DNA of 64,000 nt. It comes from Vitrella brassicaformis CCMP3155 (Eukaryota > Protista > Chromerida). The notes beneath the pieces are model-generated. The model ran no database searches. It saw only the letters and a list, made by a program, of their open reading frames with translations, and was not told the DNA's origin. Positions 36,043-49,038 of this stretch are shown here, in pieces; position 1 is the first letter of the stretch; every line of letters begins with the position of its first letter. The translations under genes and the position numbers were made by a program. Where the stretch lies: assembly GCA_001179505.1 (NCBI GenBank), contig CDMY01000406.1, forward strand, positions 21,424-85,423. The letters run 5' to 3'.

Positions 36043-39000
36043 TTACTCCATCATCCCGTTGGCCGCCCCATGGTGTCCACCCGAGCTGCTCAGCTCGGCC
36101 TGCAGGGACTGCATCGGCACCAGCGAGGCGGGCTGCGGCGAGCCGGAGGCCGCGAGGGGGTTGACGGCCTGCAGACCCAGGGCATTGCCCAGCTCGCTGA
36201 ACACACGCTGCAGCTCCTGACGCAAATGCCTTGAGTGGTGGGATGGGGTGGGACAGCAAAGCACACAGACAGATGGTGTGTATGTGTATGTGTATGTGGC
36301 TCAGCTCAGCTGCTCTGTTTGTTGTCTGTCTGTCTGTTGTGTTAGCTATGGTATGCCTTAATTGCCGCCTACGCGTCTTTGGATGCGATTGCCGCCGTCA
36401 GCTCAGGGAAGAGCGCCATCAGGTGGCACTTGGACCCTGCACAGACAGTACAACGACACACCACACACCACACACAGCTGATCTGATGCCCCCAGCCTTT
36501 TGCCGCCCCCTCCCCTCCCTGTCCGTCTGTCTGTCTGTCTGTCAGATGCGATGCTCACTCACCGGCGACTTTGCAGGCCTGCTGTATGTGTGTTGGGAGG
36601 ATGTGTGCGTGGCAGTGTGTGAACACGGCGGGGTCGATGCTCAGCTGCCGCAGCTGGCCCAGCAGGAAAGACACCTCGTCGAGACGCGGCTTCGGCAACG
36701 GACACTGCACCGCACCAGCCAGAGCCACATGCCATGCAGCGCAGAGAGACATTTTGGCCGGCACCGCTGAGCTGAGCTGAGCTGACCTGTCCGCTGGTCA
36801 TGTCGTCTCTGATGAACTCTCCCAGGATGGTGCGGCACCTGTCGAGCAGCACCGGCAGGGCCGCCGACGCCAGCACCATGTCCAAACTCTTCTCCGCGGC
36901 TGGCTGCTGGGGGGCTGGGGCTGTCTGCGTCTGTGTGTGTGGGCCGGGGGGAGGGGGGCGAGGGGGCGGCGGGCTGCAGATCTCAAACAGCCTGCAGTGC
37001 AGTCGATTCGCCGGAGAGGCAGGATCACACACACAGATGCATTGCTTGTGAGGTGAGCTGAGGTTCTGGTTGGTTGTTTGCCCACTCACTTTGCGAGTGC
37101 AGTTCGTGCGAGGAGCGGCCTATCGCGGCTGACGGCGCAGTAGTGGTCCAACACATGAATCTGCACCAACAAGAGAAGGCATTACTGACACACTTAGGGT
37201 GGTGCTGCTAATGCTCTCTGGCCAATGAGTGACGGACTGACCGACCAGCATGTGGAAGATCCTCTTAGCGTCAGGGATGGCGGCGGCCAGCCCCCTCCCG
37301 CGGCGCACAGTGAGGATGTCGCACGTCCTGCTCTTGACCACATGGTCATAGACCTCCCCCTCCTTGAGCAGCATCTGGTACTCAGCCCGCCCCAGGTGCT
37401 TCAGCCGCCCAACGTCCCACTCCAGCACCAAGTGACGCACCACCAGCCCCACCGACAGCCAGTACCGCTCAAGCACCTCCCTCTCCCTCTCCCTCTCTCG
37501 TGTAGCCGTCGTCACTCCTTCCCGGCCGCTCAGTGCCCGCACGGCCGTCATGGTGGATTGCAGCAGGTCGAGGATGCCCTCGTAGCCCAGCTTCCAGTAC
37601 CCAAAAGTGCTCAGTGACGCGCCCGAGTGGGTGGACTTGGTGCGCACGAGCAGCAGGAAGGTGTGGAACAGGAAGGGGACGCACTCGAGCACCGTCCACA
37701 CCCCCAGCAGCTGTGGCGAGGTTTGGCTGTCGGCTGGCGAGGATGACGGCGTGTCTGTGTGCTGCTGGGGAGGGAGAGGGGGAGAGGGAGAGGGCATCGT
37801 GGACGACGGCAGGAGAGGCCGTCTCGTTGCCGCCTTCCTTGTCTGCTGAGCCCCTGCCCGCTGTTGTCGCCTCTGCCGGCCGTCCCCTACGCCCACAGGC
37901 CGCTCGACCACAACCACGCTCCCCCGCTGCGGCAGGCTCACAGCCCGGCACACCGACACACCTGTCCGCCTGTCCACAGCATCTTCCATCTCTCCCCCGT
38001 CGGCAGCAGCACTCGCCGCTCGCTGCTGCTCGTCCGTCGAATCGGCCGTCTGCTGCGGCGCGGTGAGGCCGTATTGGATGGACGACGGGAGCAGCGGCGA
38101 GTGGACGCCCTTCTGCGCTGTGTGTGTGGGTGGAGGGGCGGGGGGCGGGGGAGGCGACGGGCGCCCAGGTGGTGAGAGTGTGGGCGGCATGAGGTCTGCG
38201 AGGATGGTGCGGACGGACTTGCAGATGAGGGAGAGGGTCTTGGCGGCGAGGGCCAGCTTGTTGCTGTCGACGAACATGATGCGCGGATGAAGCAGCACGT
38301 GGCACAGCTGACACACAACAGAAAGAAGATCACTCACACACACTCACACACACACACGCACACACAGGCGCTTCTTTCCCCTTAGTCTGTGCAGCAGACA
38401 GACCTGTTGCCATATCCTGGGCACGGCGATCATCACATGCTCCCTCCCCTCCCCCGCACACCGCCGCACCTCCCAATCCAACACAACAACGCCCACACCG
38501 CCCCCGCCATTGGAACCGCCATCGTCCACACGGCAATAATGCGCCGGCACCAGGCCGTAGCCCTCCCCGCCCCCACTCACAACATACGGCTGCCCCAGCA
38601 GCTTCTCAACGTACTCGAGTACGAGCGACTGGGGGTACGGCACGCGCAGCGTCGAGATGTGGTAGAAGTTCAGCTCCATGAAGTTCTCCTCGGGTGTCTG
38701 GGGGCCGGGCTTCTTCTTGTCGGCTTCTGGGGCGTCTGGGGGAGGGGGCGGGGGAGGGGAGGTGGCTGGGAGGGACTGCGGGAAGTGTTTCTGGTACTGG
38801 GCATTCTTCTGCACGCACTTCCTGCAACCAAGGGAACAAACGAGCCAGCAATGAGGTAGGAGTCTCCCTCTGATCTCTGCGCCCGTCTGCGTGTGTGTGT
38901 ACCAGGGCGGCGTGGGCTGTTTGGTGTAGGCGTTGACCGGGGGCAGCTGCCCCCACCCCTCCTCCCTCCTCTCGTACGCCTCCATAACGCGCCACTCGTC

Positions 39001-40520
39001 CACCAGCCCCTCCCCATCCACAGAAAGCCGATCCAGCGACGGGGGCACATCCGTCCTTGCCCGCACATAGGGGTCGAACCGGTCGATAGTCGACCGCACG
39101 GACGGCAACCCCTCCTCAGCCAGAGCGTAGTGCCTGGAATGCTCGAACTGACGCTTGTAGGCGGCGAAGCAAGAGGCGTATGGCGGCGCTGAGAGGGGGA
39201 GGAGGGAGGGGTGGGGGGAGGGGGAGGTGAACAGCGATGGGAAGATTGCGGGGCCGTCCAGTGGGCGGCCGTCGGTCTCTGCCGGGGGGGTCGGCTGCAC
39301 ACACGGCGACACTGCTCCATCCACCGGCGACGCTGAGAGAGAGAGAGAACACGCGATGAGCGAGTTTCTTTCATGTGTGTGTCTTGTCTGTGGTCTGGTC
39401 TGTGTGAGGAAGTTCGGACCTTTTCCCCCGTGTGAAGGGTGTGTGTGCGGCAGCTGGACTGGTGTGGCATTGGGGAGGTAGTAGCATCTCGAGGTGAGGA
39501 GGCTGACGAAGAGCTGTGTGACCAGGAGGTGGTGCACGGGCTGCATCGACGAGGCGTGGCTCATCCGCACCTCACCCAGACTCTGAACCAGCACCTGCAC
39601 ATACACACACCCAACACATCACGATACTCACGGGCACATCCACCACCCCATGGATCCCCCCGGGCGTGGCGTACTTCAACGAACTTCTCGGGTATGACGT
39701 CCATGTGGCTTATCTGCTCGCCCACATAGCGGAAGATACTCCAGCCGCTCCCCCAGACGGAGAACCACATCCGGTCGCACACCACCACCCCCTCGCACGC
39801 CACGCACTCCTGCCAACCCCACCCAATTTCCATGCGAATCGCCGCCTGCTGCTGCTGCTGATGCGGCTCTTGGAAGGTCTCCCCTTGATCGGTGACGTCT
39901 GTGGTGTCACTGGTGGTGTGGTTATCGTTGCGTGTGATATAGATGGGCTGCTGGCTGTTGGGAATGCGGATCAGGTCGGCCAGCGTGCGGGCGGCAGCGC
40001 TGCTCACTGCACCAAGCAAGATACCCCACACAGACGACAGACATAGACAACATGTGTTCGAATGCACTGACTGACTGTCCGCCTGACCTTCGACAGAGGG
40101 CGCGGGGAAAGACCCCTGTGTGTGCCGTGCGTCGCTGGTGGTGTCTGCCAGCGTCAAAGCCGCCCTGGTGAGCTCCAGCAGCGCCAGGGCTGCCGGCGCG
40201 AGCGACTGCAGACCGACCACGGGCACATAGCCATTCAGCACACGGTACACCTGAAGACACAAAGACAAACCTCACCACCAGACACGTAGCCAGGTCTGTG
40301 TGTCTGACTTACCCCCTGCAGCGTGAGCACAAGAGTCTCGTCCCACTGCTTGACGACAGAGTCGCGGCTATGGTGGATGACCAGGGGGGTGGAGGCGCCC
40401 CCAACAGCATGATGGTGTGCGGTGGAAGGAGTGGTCGGCGCCGCTGTCCCATAGAGAGCCAGGTGGTACCGCTGATGAACCTGGTGCAGCGTGCGAACCA
40501 ACACCTCCACCACACAGCTG

Positions 40521-40552
<32 letters not shown>

Positions 40553-43500
40553 TTTGTTCTGCGAACTAACTAACAGGTTCACCCATTCCCACCCACCCTG
40601 TGTGTACGTACCTCTTCCAATAGGCGGCTGGGAGCAGTTTCCCATGAGTCAGCAGGATGGACGTCAGTGTCCTCAGGGCGCAGTTCCTCACCTCCGGCCG
40701 GCTGTCGTAGCTGAGGCAGTGCAGCCACAGCAGAATCTCCGACCACAGGGCCTCGGAGGACGTGTCGCTCGTGTCGTCCTCCCGCCGCTGCTGGCGCTGG
40801 CGCTGGCCGGCCGTCTGCTTCTGCCGTAGGGTGAGGGTGTCGGTGATGTTCCAGAGGAAGCCGACAGCTCGGAAGGACGTGTTGATGCCCAGACACTTGG
40901 TGGAGGCGAAGGCGCCCACGGAGCTCACAAGACCCACCAGGCTGATCTGCATCGAGTGGAATGAAATGCAGCACAGAGTCATGTTGACTTGTGCGTGCGG
41001 CGCAGTGTGTGTTGTGTGGGTACGTTTGGTGGGATGTGTTCCGTGAAGTCCTGCAGGATCAGCTCGATCAGCTGGAAGAGCAGTCCGAGCGTCCGCCTCC
41101 CCAGCTTGCTGGGCGTCTTGCCCGCCACTCCCGGGCCGCCATCCATCTCTGCCGCCCCCTCCCCTCCCCCAGCCACGCCCTCGCCCTCGCCCTTGGTGGT
41201 GCCCTTCATCGACTCAATCTGCCGCTGGATGAACCTGTGTGCGAGCTCGAACGTGTCGCCGAACTCCTGTGCGGTTGCCTGGCCGATCCATTGGATGATC
41301 CAGCACCAGGTGGGGGAGCTGAGGATCTGACCCTTGGACTGCAGGAAGTTGAGCATGCCCTCCACCACCTTGAAGCGGACGTCCTCGAAGTTGGACTGCG
41401 TGAGGTCGCCGAAGGGCGCCAGCAGCAGGCACTGACAGTCGCTGAGCAGCGCCGCATCGAAGCCCTCACCCCGTTCCTCGGCGTCGGACAGACGAGCCGC
41501 CACCAGGACGCCCGGCATCCCACGGCCCTCGCGCGGCACAAACGGCTCCACCTCTGCATGAGCACACAGAGATGGAACGATGTTTGCCTCCCTCCTGTGG
41601 CCATGTGTGTGATCGGCCTCACCTCTGCTGCTCTTGTGCTCCTTGTCTTGGTCTTCACCCGTCTCCTTCTTGGCGCCCATGAGTACCTTGACGGCATGCT
41701 GCACCAGCTGCCACAGCCCCAGCACCCCCTGCAGCCGCGGCGAGGACGGCAGGCTCCGCGTGTTCCACACACACATCAGGTAGTTGAGCAGCAAATCCCA
41801 TACCGCAAACAGACGCGGCAGATTCCTCCGGTCCAGACACAGCCCCACAAACACCAGCCGGTTGAGCGCGAAGAGCCACACCTGGCTCTCGCTGCCGTCT
41901 GCCAGGGCGTCTCGGTCGGTGTCTGGTGGACGGGATGATGGGGGGGCGGTCGATGAGGGGATGGATGAGCTTGGAGCGCTTGCCGTGGATGGGGTCCTCT
42001 TCGTGTCTTCCGTAGATGCGCGTGTGACGGGCGGCCGGTTGCGGGGAGCGACGCGCATCCGTCCAATGCCCCCGCTCTCGCCCTCCTGCTCATTGTCGTC
42101 GCCAAATGCGAAAGCGCCGCTCATGGACAGGGCCGGGGGGTTGTAGTCGGCCACTCGGGAGGCGTCCCTCTCGTCCGGCACATCCTCAACCATCTCCTCG
42201 CCAGCCGCGCTCTTCATCGACAGGTAGTCCTCAGACACGCCGATCACACGCGCCATCGACTGGGCGTCGATCTCGGCCTGCTGGGGGTCCATCTCGCTGG
42301 CGTCACGATCAGCAGAAGACGGGGCAGCAGGGGCGGATTTGTTGTTCTTGTCGCGTCCTAGGCCCTCGAAAAGCAGCTGTGGCGTGGCTGCCGTGGCGAG
42401 TGTGGGTGTGGGCTGGGAGGGGTCCTTGGGGTGGTTGGGGGATCGGGTGAAGGCGGCGGCTGGGGGCTGTGACGCATTCTGCAGCACCTCCTTCTCGATG
42501 TAGTACAGCAGGTGCTCGCCAAGCGCGCTCACGAAGTCGACCCAGCTGTCCTCCCCCAGGTAGCAGCAGGAGTGAAAGAGCGAGTCGAAGCCCGTCCTGA
42601 GCACCGTCAGCTCGGCCGTCAGCACAGCGCTGTAGCTGGGGCCGCCCTCAGACGGGCTCGCAACAACACTGGCTGTCCCCCCTGCCGCGGCAGAAATGCT
42701 CGTCCCACCTCCACTTGTGGGCGGTGGTGCGGCCGCCCCGGTGGTGGGCTTCTGTCCGGTGATCTGTGACGACGGGAGGTCGGTCAGGACGGCCTTCCTT
42801 TGCCCACACAGGACGGCGTACAGCTCCTCATAGGCCTTGAGCACGATGGACCACCCCTTGCTCCCCAGGATGCCCCCGAAGGCGCACGAGTGGCAGAGGT
42901 TCATCAGCGACTTGAGGCAGATGATCGACCGGCTGTCGAGAAACCGCTGCGGGCCGACCGTGGGGGCCGCTATCGACGCGTTGGGCGAGAAGGGGAGTGC
43001 GAATCGCGTGAGTGACTGCAGGGTGGCCTCCCGGGCCTGGTCCAGCTGGAACACCCCTACACAGCAGAGGAACGTCTGGAGAGACCGCAGTAGAGGGTGC
43101 AGCAGCAGCTCATCGGGCAGGCCGCCAGAGGAGCTGACGGCCGTGGTGAGCAGAAGCGTCAGCGAGGAGAGAAGAGGCGGCCATGTCGCCGAGAGGATGT
43201 CGCTGCAGTGGGTCTGGTATTGCGTGAGGGGGTGGGGGAAGTAGTCGACACGAAGGGCGTAGCCATAGCGGTGGGCGAACGCGGCGAGGGGGAAAGGGGT
43301 GGAGGCGGGAGGGGGGGCGGACAGAAGGGAATGATCGGAGGAGTCCACCACCCGATCGCTCTCCGCCTCAGTGGACGCTGCACATCACACCAACAACTTT
43401 ACAGGATTGTTTCCACGCACCCCCCCGTGTGTGTCGGGTGCTCACCGTGGAGAATGAGGTTGTAGAGGCTGACAATAATGGTCAGCAGGTTCTCGACAGC

Positions 43501-46146
43501 CAGGCCCAGACAGATCGCCAGTGTCAAGCCCTCATTGGCCGCCCCGGCCACAACAGCTCCTGCCTCCTCCTTGGCGCCACTCATGCCGCCCCCCGCCCCC
43601 CCGGCTGACGACACACTCGCCTGTGTGGTCGGCTGCGACGTCATCTTCGTCTGGAGCAGAGCCTGCGGCACCTCAGACTCGCTCAGCAAATCGAGAAAAC
43701 AGTACTTGGACGGCCGTGATGCCGCGAAGTGTGGCCGATAAGGCCCTCTCTGCTGCTGGCCGTCCTCATACTCGCCGTCAGCCCGCCCCATGTGAGCGGC
43801 GAGTGTCCGTGCCAGCAGGTGGGCAAACGAGGTGCTGAGGACGTTCTTGCCAACGGGGGTAGGGAAGGGGAAGGCGTATGGCATGGCTGCCGCGTGAGCA
43901 TGCTCAGCGCCGCCGCCGGTGGTGGTGGTAATGGGCTCTTCCTGGAGCTGGTGTTGTTGTTGGTCCACAGTGGGTTTCCTGCTGCTGCGGCTCATCGGGT
44001 GGACTACGCCGGAGGTCGGCAGATGCAGCACGGGGAGTGGGAAGAGCAGGCACTGACACTGCACGGCGAGCAGCAGCAGCGCCTCCACTGTGGTGGACGT
44101 CTGCGGCTGCTGCTGGTGCTGGTGGGTGACCCCGCCGCCCCCGGTGAAGCACACGTGGTGCACCACACGCCCCAGACTCTCCACGATCTCCACCAACGGC
44201 GGTGTGGGTGAGGGGGAGGTGGTGCTGTCGCCTCTCTCCCTCGCCGCGGCGCCGGCAGCAGCATAAGGGGTGAAGAGCTTCTTGACGATGGGGGGGTTGT
44301 TGCCGACTTTTGTGTTGATGAACTGCAGCAGGAGGGCCGTTTGCCATGGGAGGGCGTCGGCGTGGAGATAGGGGAGGAGGACGGTGAAGAGGACCTGCAT
44401 CTCGTCCAGGAGATGGTCGAAGTAGTGGTCCATCAGCAGACCCACCAGACGAAGACACCTGATTGATAAATCACACCGACACACACAAGAGGCAGGTCAT
44501 GGGCACAAAGAAGGCAAAGCATGGTTTTGTGACCTGTGTGGCTGACCTGACGAAGACTGGGAAGTCCCAGCACTTTCTGAGGTTCTTGAGCAGCACCGTG
44601 CACACGTGATGCTTCACCAACAGGAAGAAATCAACTACCTGAACACACACACACACACACACCCCTAAGTCGCCTGCTGCCGTGTTCCCACTAACTAATG
44701 CGAGTGAGTGCCTGACCTTGAGGAACAGCTCAGGGTTGGTGCTGATGGTGGTGTGCAGCAGCTCCAGACACAGCGCCTTGGGCAGGTCCACCGGGGAGAG
44801 GTACACCCCTCCCTCGCCGCTATCCATGCCGCCCCCGCCCCCACCCCCACCCTGGCCGCCTGCTGCTGCTGCTGCTGCTGCCGCTGCCGCTGTGTGACCG
44901 TCCACCTGCACCTGCGACCCCTCCCTCTCTCTCTCCTGCTGCTGCCGGAAATAATACTGGTAAGACTGCTGACGGGACAGCGGAGATCTCGGCGCGCCGC
45001 TCCCTCCGCCGCTGCCCGTGACGATCGACATGCCATGGTGGCTGAGCTTCCTCACTGGCCCACTAGTGCCGCCCCCCTGCTGCACCTCTGGATCGCACAG
45101 AAGCGTCAGGTCCTGAAGGAAGAGGAAGAGCGTCCTGTAGGGGCGGGGGAATGCCGGGGAGGGGGGCGGCAGGTAGGGGCACACGCATGGCGGCTCGTAG
45201 ATGTGGTGTGACGCCGACGCCCTCATCTGGGGGGGCGGGGGGCCCTTCCAGATGAGGGGCGATATCTGGTCGACTGACAGGGGCAGCGCCGAGTGCTTGG
45301 GTGAGGTGGGCGGGGGCGGGTGGGTCGACAGCGTGTAGTTGGCCGTCTCCACAAAGTGAGATGCCAGCTGACGCAGACCTGCACACACACACAGACACAC
45401 ACAGACACACATGTGGTGGATGTTTCCCTGCTGCCGCCGTGAATGAATGGATGGATGGATGGATGGATGGATAATAGACACGTACCTGCGCATGCCGTAT
45501 GGTGCACGACGCTGCTTGACGAGCGATAGAGCATCTGGAACACCTGCAGCAGGCTGGCCACCACCAGCTCGCTCTCCACCAGCCCGACCGCCAGCGCATT
45601 GCCCGCATCGCCCTCGGCAGATGAGGGCGGCGACAGCAGCAACAGCGTCGTCTGGACCACCTTGAGCTGAATCGACTCTCCAGACGGCGTCACATTGGGC
45701 AGAGGGCCGCTCGTGGCCGACGAGGCGATCTGCGCGATGCCGCTGCTGCCCTCGCCGCTCGCTGCCGCGCCCTGTGAAGCGATGAGCTCTTTGAGAAGGT
45801 TGATGCAGAGCGGCAGCGTCTGTGGCGGGAGGATGCGGCACTTGATGAGCTTCTGCAGGCAGGTCAGGGACACCAGCACCAGCTTCGGTTGCGCAGTGTC
45901 ACACGCCATCAGCAAACACTTGAAGACCTCATCAAAGGGGAACTGGTGATGGGACTGGGCCGCCTGCTGCTGCTGCTGCTGGTCTTCCTGCAGCTTGTCC
46001 TTGTAGTTGCGCAGCTTGAGGATGGCCTTCTCGACGCCCTCCTTGATGGGATGATGCTTCTTCTTGCACTCGGCCGACAGAGAGCGGATGTCGTTCTCCA
46101 CGTCGACACACAGCGATAGCAGCGACGCCACAGCCGCCGAATCCAT
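36043..46146 (-). CDS. MON2: MON2 (Sec7-related ARF-GEF-like scaffold; DCB/HUS/Mon2_C regions)
   Basis: N-terminal VENDIRSLSAECKKKHHPIKEGVE, LVLVSLTCLQKL, ESIQLKVVQT, LCLELLH; SKGWSIVLK; ISLVGL; CLSYDSRPEVRNCALRTL; SVVKQWDETLVLTLQG. Many low-complexity insertions. Confidence 0.85.
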
Positions 46147-46571
46147 CGACAGATCTGGCTCACCAAACCGACGCGTCAGTCATCGAAACCGGAACGTAAG
46201 CATGGCAGGGGAATGGCACATCGCCGGATCTACACACCATGACGCAGATCCTCTGTGCTTGGCGCTGAGCTCGCAGACGTTCGGATCGCGCGGCGACAGA
46301 AACTCACCGCAGAAGGCGCGTGTAGGGGTGCCATGATGGACAGACGGCGGAATGATGAAGATCTCGCTGCAGGCGGGATGCATCACTGATTGAGGTGGGC
46401 AGTCAGGCACAGGGATAGATCAGAAGCCCTTCTTGCCATCTTTCTGTTCGTCCGTGTGTTTGTCCTATGCAGGGCGGCTTGACGCGGATGGGCTCCCTTC
46501 TCAGCATTTGCCTTGGATACACAAGCAGGTTAGGTAGAGCATGACGCCACGCACACTGGCTGGCAAAAGGC

Positions 46572-48362
46572 ATGCCGGCGCAACTATCAATCATCGTTTT
46601 TCTCCATTGGATCTCCGCGGTCAGGACTGTGTGTGCCTCTGCACACGGCGGCGAGCTGGTCGACACGGTGCATGATTTGGGCACCAGTCATGGGAGCATA
46701 CGGCTGGCCGACGGGATCATCTGTCGAACTTTTTCTGAAGAGCAGCAAGTGAGGGACCTCATAGAGCGTCATGGGGCCGACCCAAATCATGCGCCCGGGC
46801 TGCGAGCGCCAGGCAGCAGCGGCCGGGGGGTTCAGTGTCCGCTCCTGGCGCTTGCTATTGACACCAGCGACACCACCGCGGTGACCATCCACATGGCGGA
46901 TGGTCGCCACGGTCATCGGCGGCCTCTCGCCTTGCCCAGGTGGTCGTCTCCTGAGTTGCAGGCGGCCATCATCAACGCCCTCATCGACGGAGGCGCCAAC
47001 ATGCAAGGGCTCATCAGGATGGCAGTCTGGTGTGGCAACGAGAGCGCTGTGAGGGTCTTCTTGGCGCGAAGCGCTGCGGTGCGCCCCCCTCACGGCCCTG
47101 TCCTTGTCATGGAGCTGCCCTGGTCCATCTCCGACCGAGTCGGCCGTCAGGTATCCCTCGCTTATGAGCAGCGGCTGTTGTCAATCTACCGCCGGCTCAT
47201 ACAGCACGACGCCACACTCGCAACCGAACAAGAATTCAACGGCAATCTGATCTACAATGCAGCCCACAGCGAGCGAGGCTACTACTCGCAGGCCTTCATC
47301 GATTCGTATCTCGACCTGCTGGTGGACAACGGGGCGAGTCTGACGGCAGTGGATGGGTCTGAATATGAGGCGACGCCTCTGCACGTGGCGGCATTAAAGG
47401 GCTCTCGCTATGTGACCGACTACCTCTGCCGCCATGTGGCAGCAGCGGACATCGACAGAGAGACGACGGGCAGGTGGTACCCCAGCGAGACGCCCCTGTA
47501 TTGGGCCGCCCGCAAACTCAATGAAGTGACTGAGGTCTCGCAGGGCGACATCATACCGCAATCCACGAGGGATCGAGCCACTAGAGCGATTCCCCGCCAC
47601 GAGGCCACCATCCGCAGCTTGCTGAGAAGCGGGGCGGACATCGGCCGCATCCCCACAGACGAGAAAGGCCGCGAATGTCGCCAGCTGGTGCTGCCCCAGT
47701 GCACGACAGTCCTCAACGATGACGTACACACCGGAGCGATGGCGGCCGTCAATGCCGCCCTCGCCCCTCAGCGATCGCTGGCGGCCTTGTTGATGAAGTC
47801 CCTCCCCGCCCTCCTGCCCCACCTGCTGAAGCACCCTGGCACCCCTGCGGGCAATCGGCCCCCCGCCCCTCCTGGATACGGCCCACACGAGGCAGAGGCC
47901 ATCGGCTGGCGCATCGCAGCCATGTGCTTCGACCAAGACGCTGCCAATGAAGCCATCACTGCCAACATCGGCATTCGGCACAGCGATATGGCCCGCCGTG
48001 TGCAAGCTGCCGTCAAGCATGTCGTCAAGTCAGCGGTATTTGCGGCCAGTAGCAACAGGGAGGTGGTGGGCGGCATGGCCGATGTGGGCGGCGTGACGGT
48101 TCGGGTGCCGCTGCAGTGCTTCGCCATTGCTCCTGGGGCCGACACCCGCTCGCAAGAGGTGGTACACACACGCGACCGTCTGGGGCTGCGTGAGGTGGTC
48201 CACAGGGCGCGGCTGGACGAGGCGGCCCGATATGGTCTGGAGGAGTCCATCGTCAAGGGCTTCAATCAGCATCTGGGCAACGACGATTGCCAGTTCGCTG
48301 GGTGGCAGCAGCTGGGCCGCGTCGACAAGGGCGGGCGGTGGGTGACGCTGGGCATCCAGTGA
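46572..48362 (+). CDS. Intronless lineage-specific ankyrin-repeat protein
   Basis: 596-aa open frame; DLIERHGADPN, LLVDNGASLT, ATPLHVAALKGSRYVTDYLC, ETPLYWAA, LLRSGADI. True start uncertain. Confidence 0.7.
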   Translation: MPAQLSIIVFLHWISAVRTVCASAHGGELVDTVHDLGTSHGSIRLADGIICRTFSEEQQVRDLIERHGADPNHAPGLRAPGSSGRGVQCPLLALAIDTSDTTAVTIHMADGRHGHRRPLALPRWSSPELQAAIINALIDGGANMQGLIRMAVWCGNESAVRVFLARSAAVRPPHGPVLVMELPWSISDRVGRQVSLAYEQRLLSIYRRLIQHDATLATEQEFNGNLIYNAAHSERGYYSQAFIDSYLDLLVDNGASLTAVDGSEYEATPLHVAALKGSRYVTDYLCRHVAAADIDRETTGRWYPSETPLYWAARKLNEVTEVSQGDIIPQSTRDRATRAIPRHEATIRSLLRSGADIGRIPTDEKGRECRQLVLPQCTTVLNDDVHTGAMAAVNAALAPQRSLAALLMKSLPALLPHLLKHPGTPAGNRPPAPPGYGPHEAEAIGWRIAAMCFDQDAANEAITANIGIRHSDMARRVQAAVKHVVKSAVFAASSNREVVGGMADVGGVTVRVPLQCFAIAPGADTRSQEVVHTRDRLGLREVVHRARLDEAARYGLEESIVKGFNQHLGNDDCQFAGWQQLGRVDKGGRWVTLGIQ

Positions 48363-48873
48363 GTGAGTGAGTGAGTGACCGACTAACAGAAAGAGGGAGA
48401 GGGAGAGGCGAGGGCGGTGGTGTGGCCGGGACCTTTATCCCGGTGCGTGGTTTAAACAAGCTGCTGAGTGCTTCAGAGAGCGAGGGGTTTATGATGAATC
48501 AATCGCATTGGTGACGTACTGGATGCCATGGTTGATGCGTGGGGGGTGGACTTTCATTGAACCACCCACTGCAGCTGACAGACTGGTGTGTGAGTGAATG
48601 CATGTGCTGTGCTGTGCTATCAAATTGACTCACTCGTGCAAAGACACTCTTTTCCTTCACGCAGGTGCGTCCATCCAAAGAAACGGCACGCACACTATCT
48701 AGGTCTGTCTGTCGTTTCGTTCGCTGCAAACAGCGGATCTCACAAAGGGTACGTGGTCTGTCTGACTGTTGTCTCAGTGACAAATATGAACAGCTGATAT
48801 AAATGGACTTCAATGGGCGACAAATATGTCTCGTGTGTCTGTTTGTCTGTGTGTGTGCGTGTGTGTGTGTGTG

Positions 48874-48963
48874 TGCAGCCAGCACACGGCCCTCCCGTCT
48901 GCCCTCTTCCCATCCGACCACCTCCCCCTCATGGCCGAATTCGCCATGCTCGCACCCCAATGA
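48874..48963 (+). pseudogene. Orphan duplicate of the last exon of the CCR4-like gene
   Basis: cag|ccagcacacggccctcccgtctgccctcttcccatccgaccacctccccctcatggccgaattc..ccaatga matches the reverse complement of 2273-2360 with one synonymous change seen; no upstream CCR4 exons are present. Confidence 0.85.
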
Positions 48964-49038
48964 GTCAGTCAGGCAGTGCTCCGTCGGCTGCCATGTGGTG
49001 GCCCCTCGGCTGTCTGTGTCGCTGACCGACGACCATTC

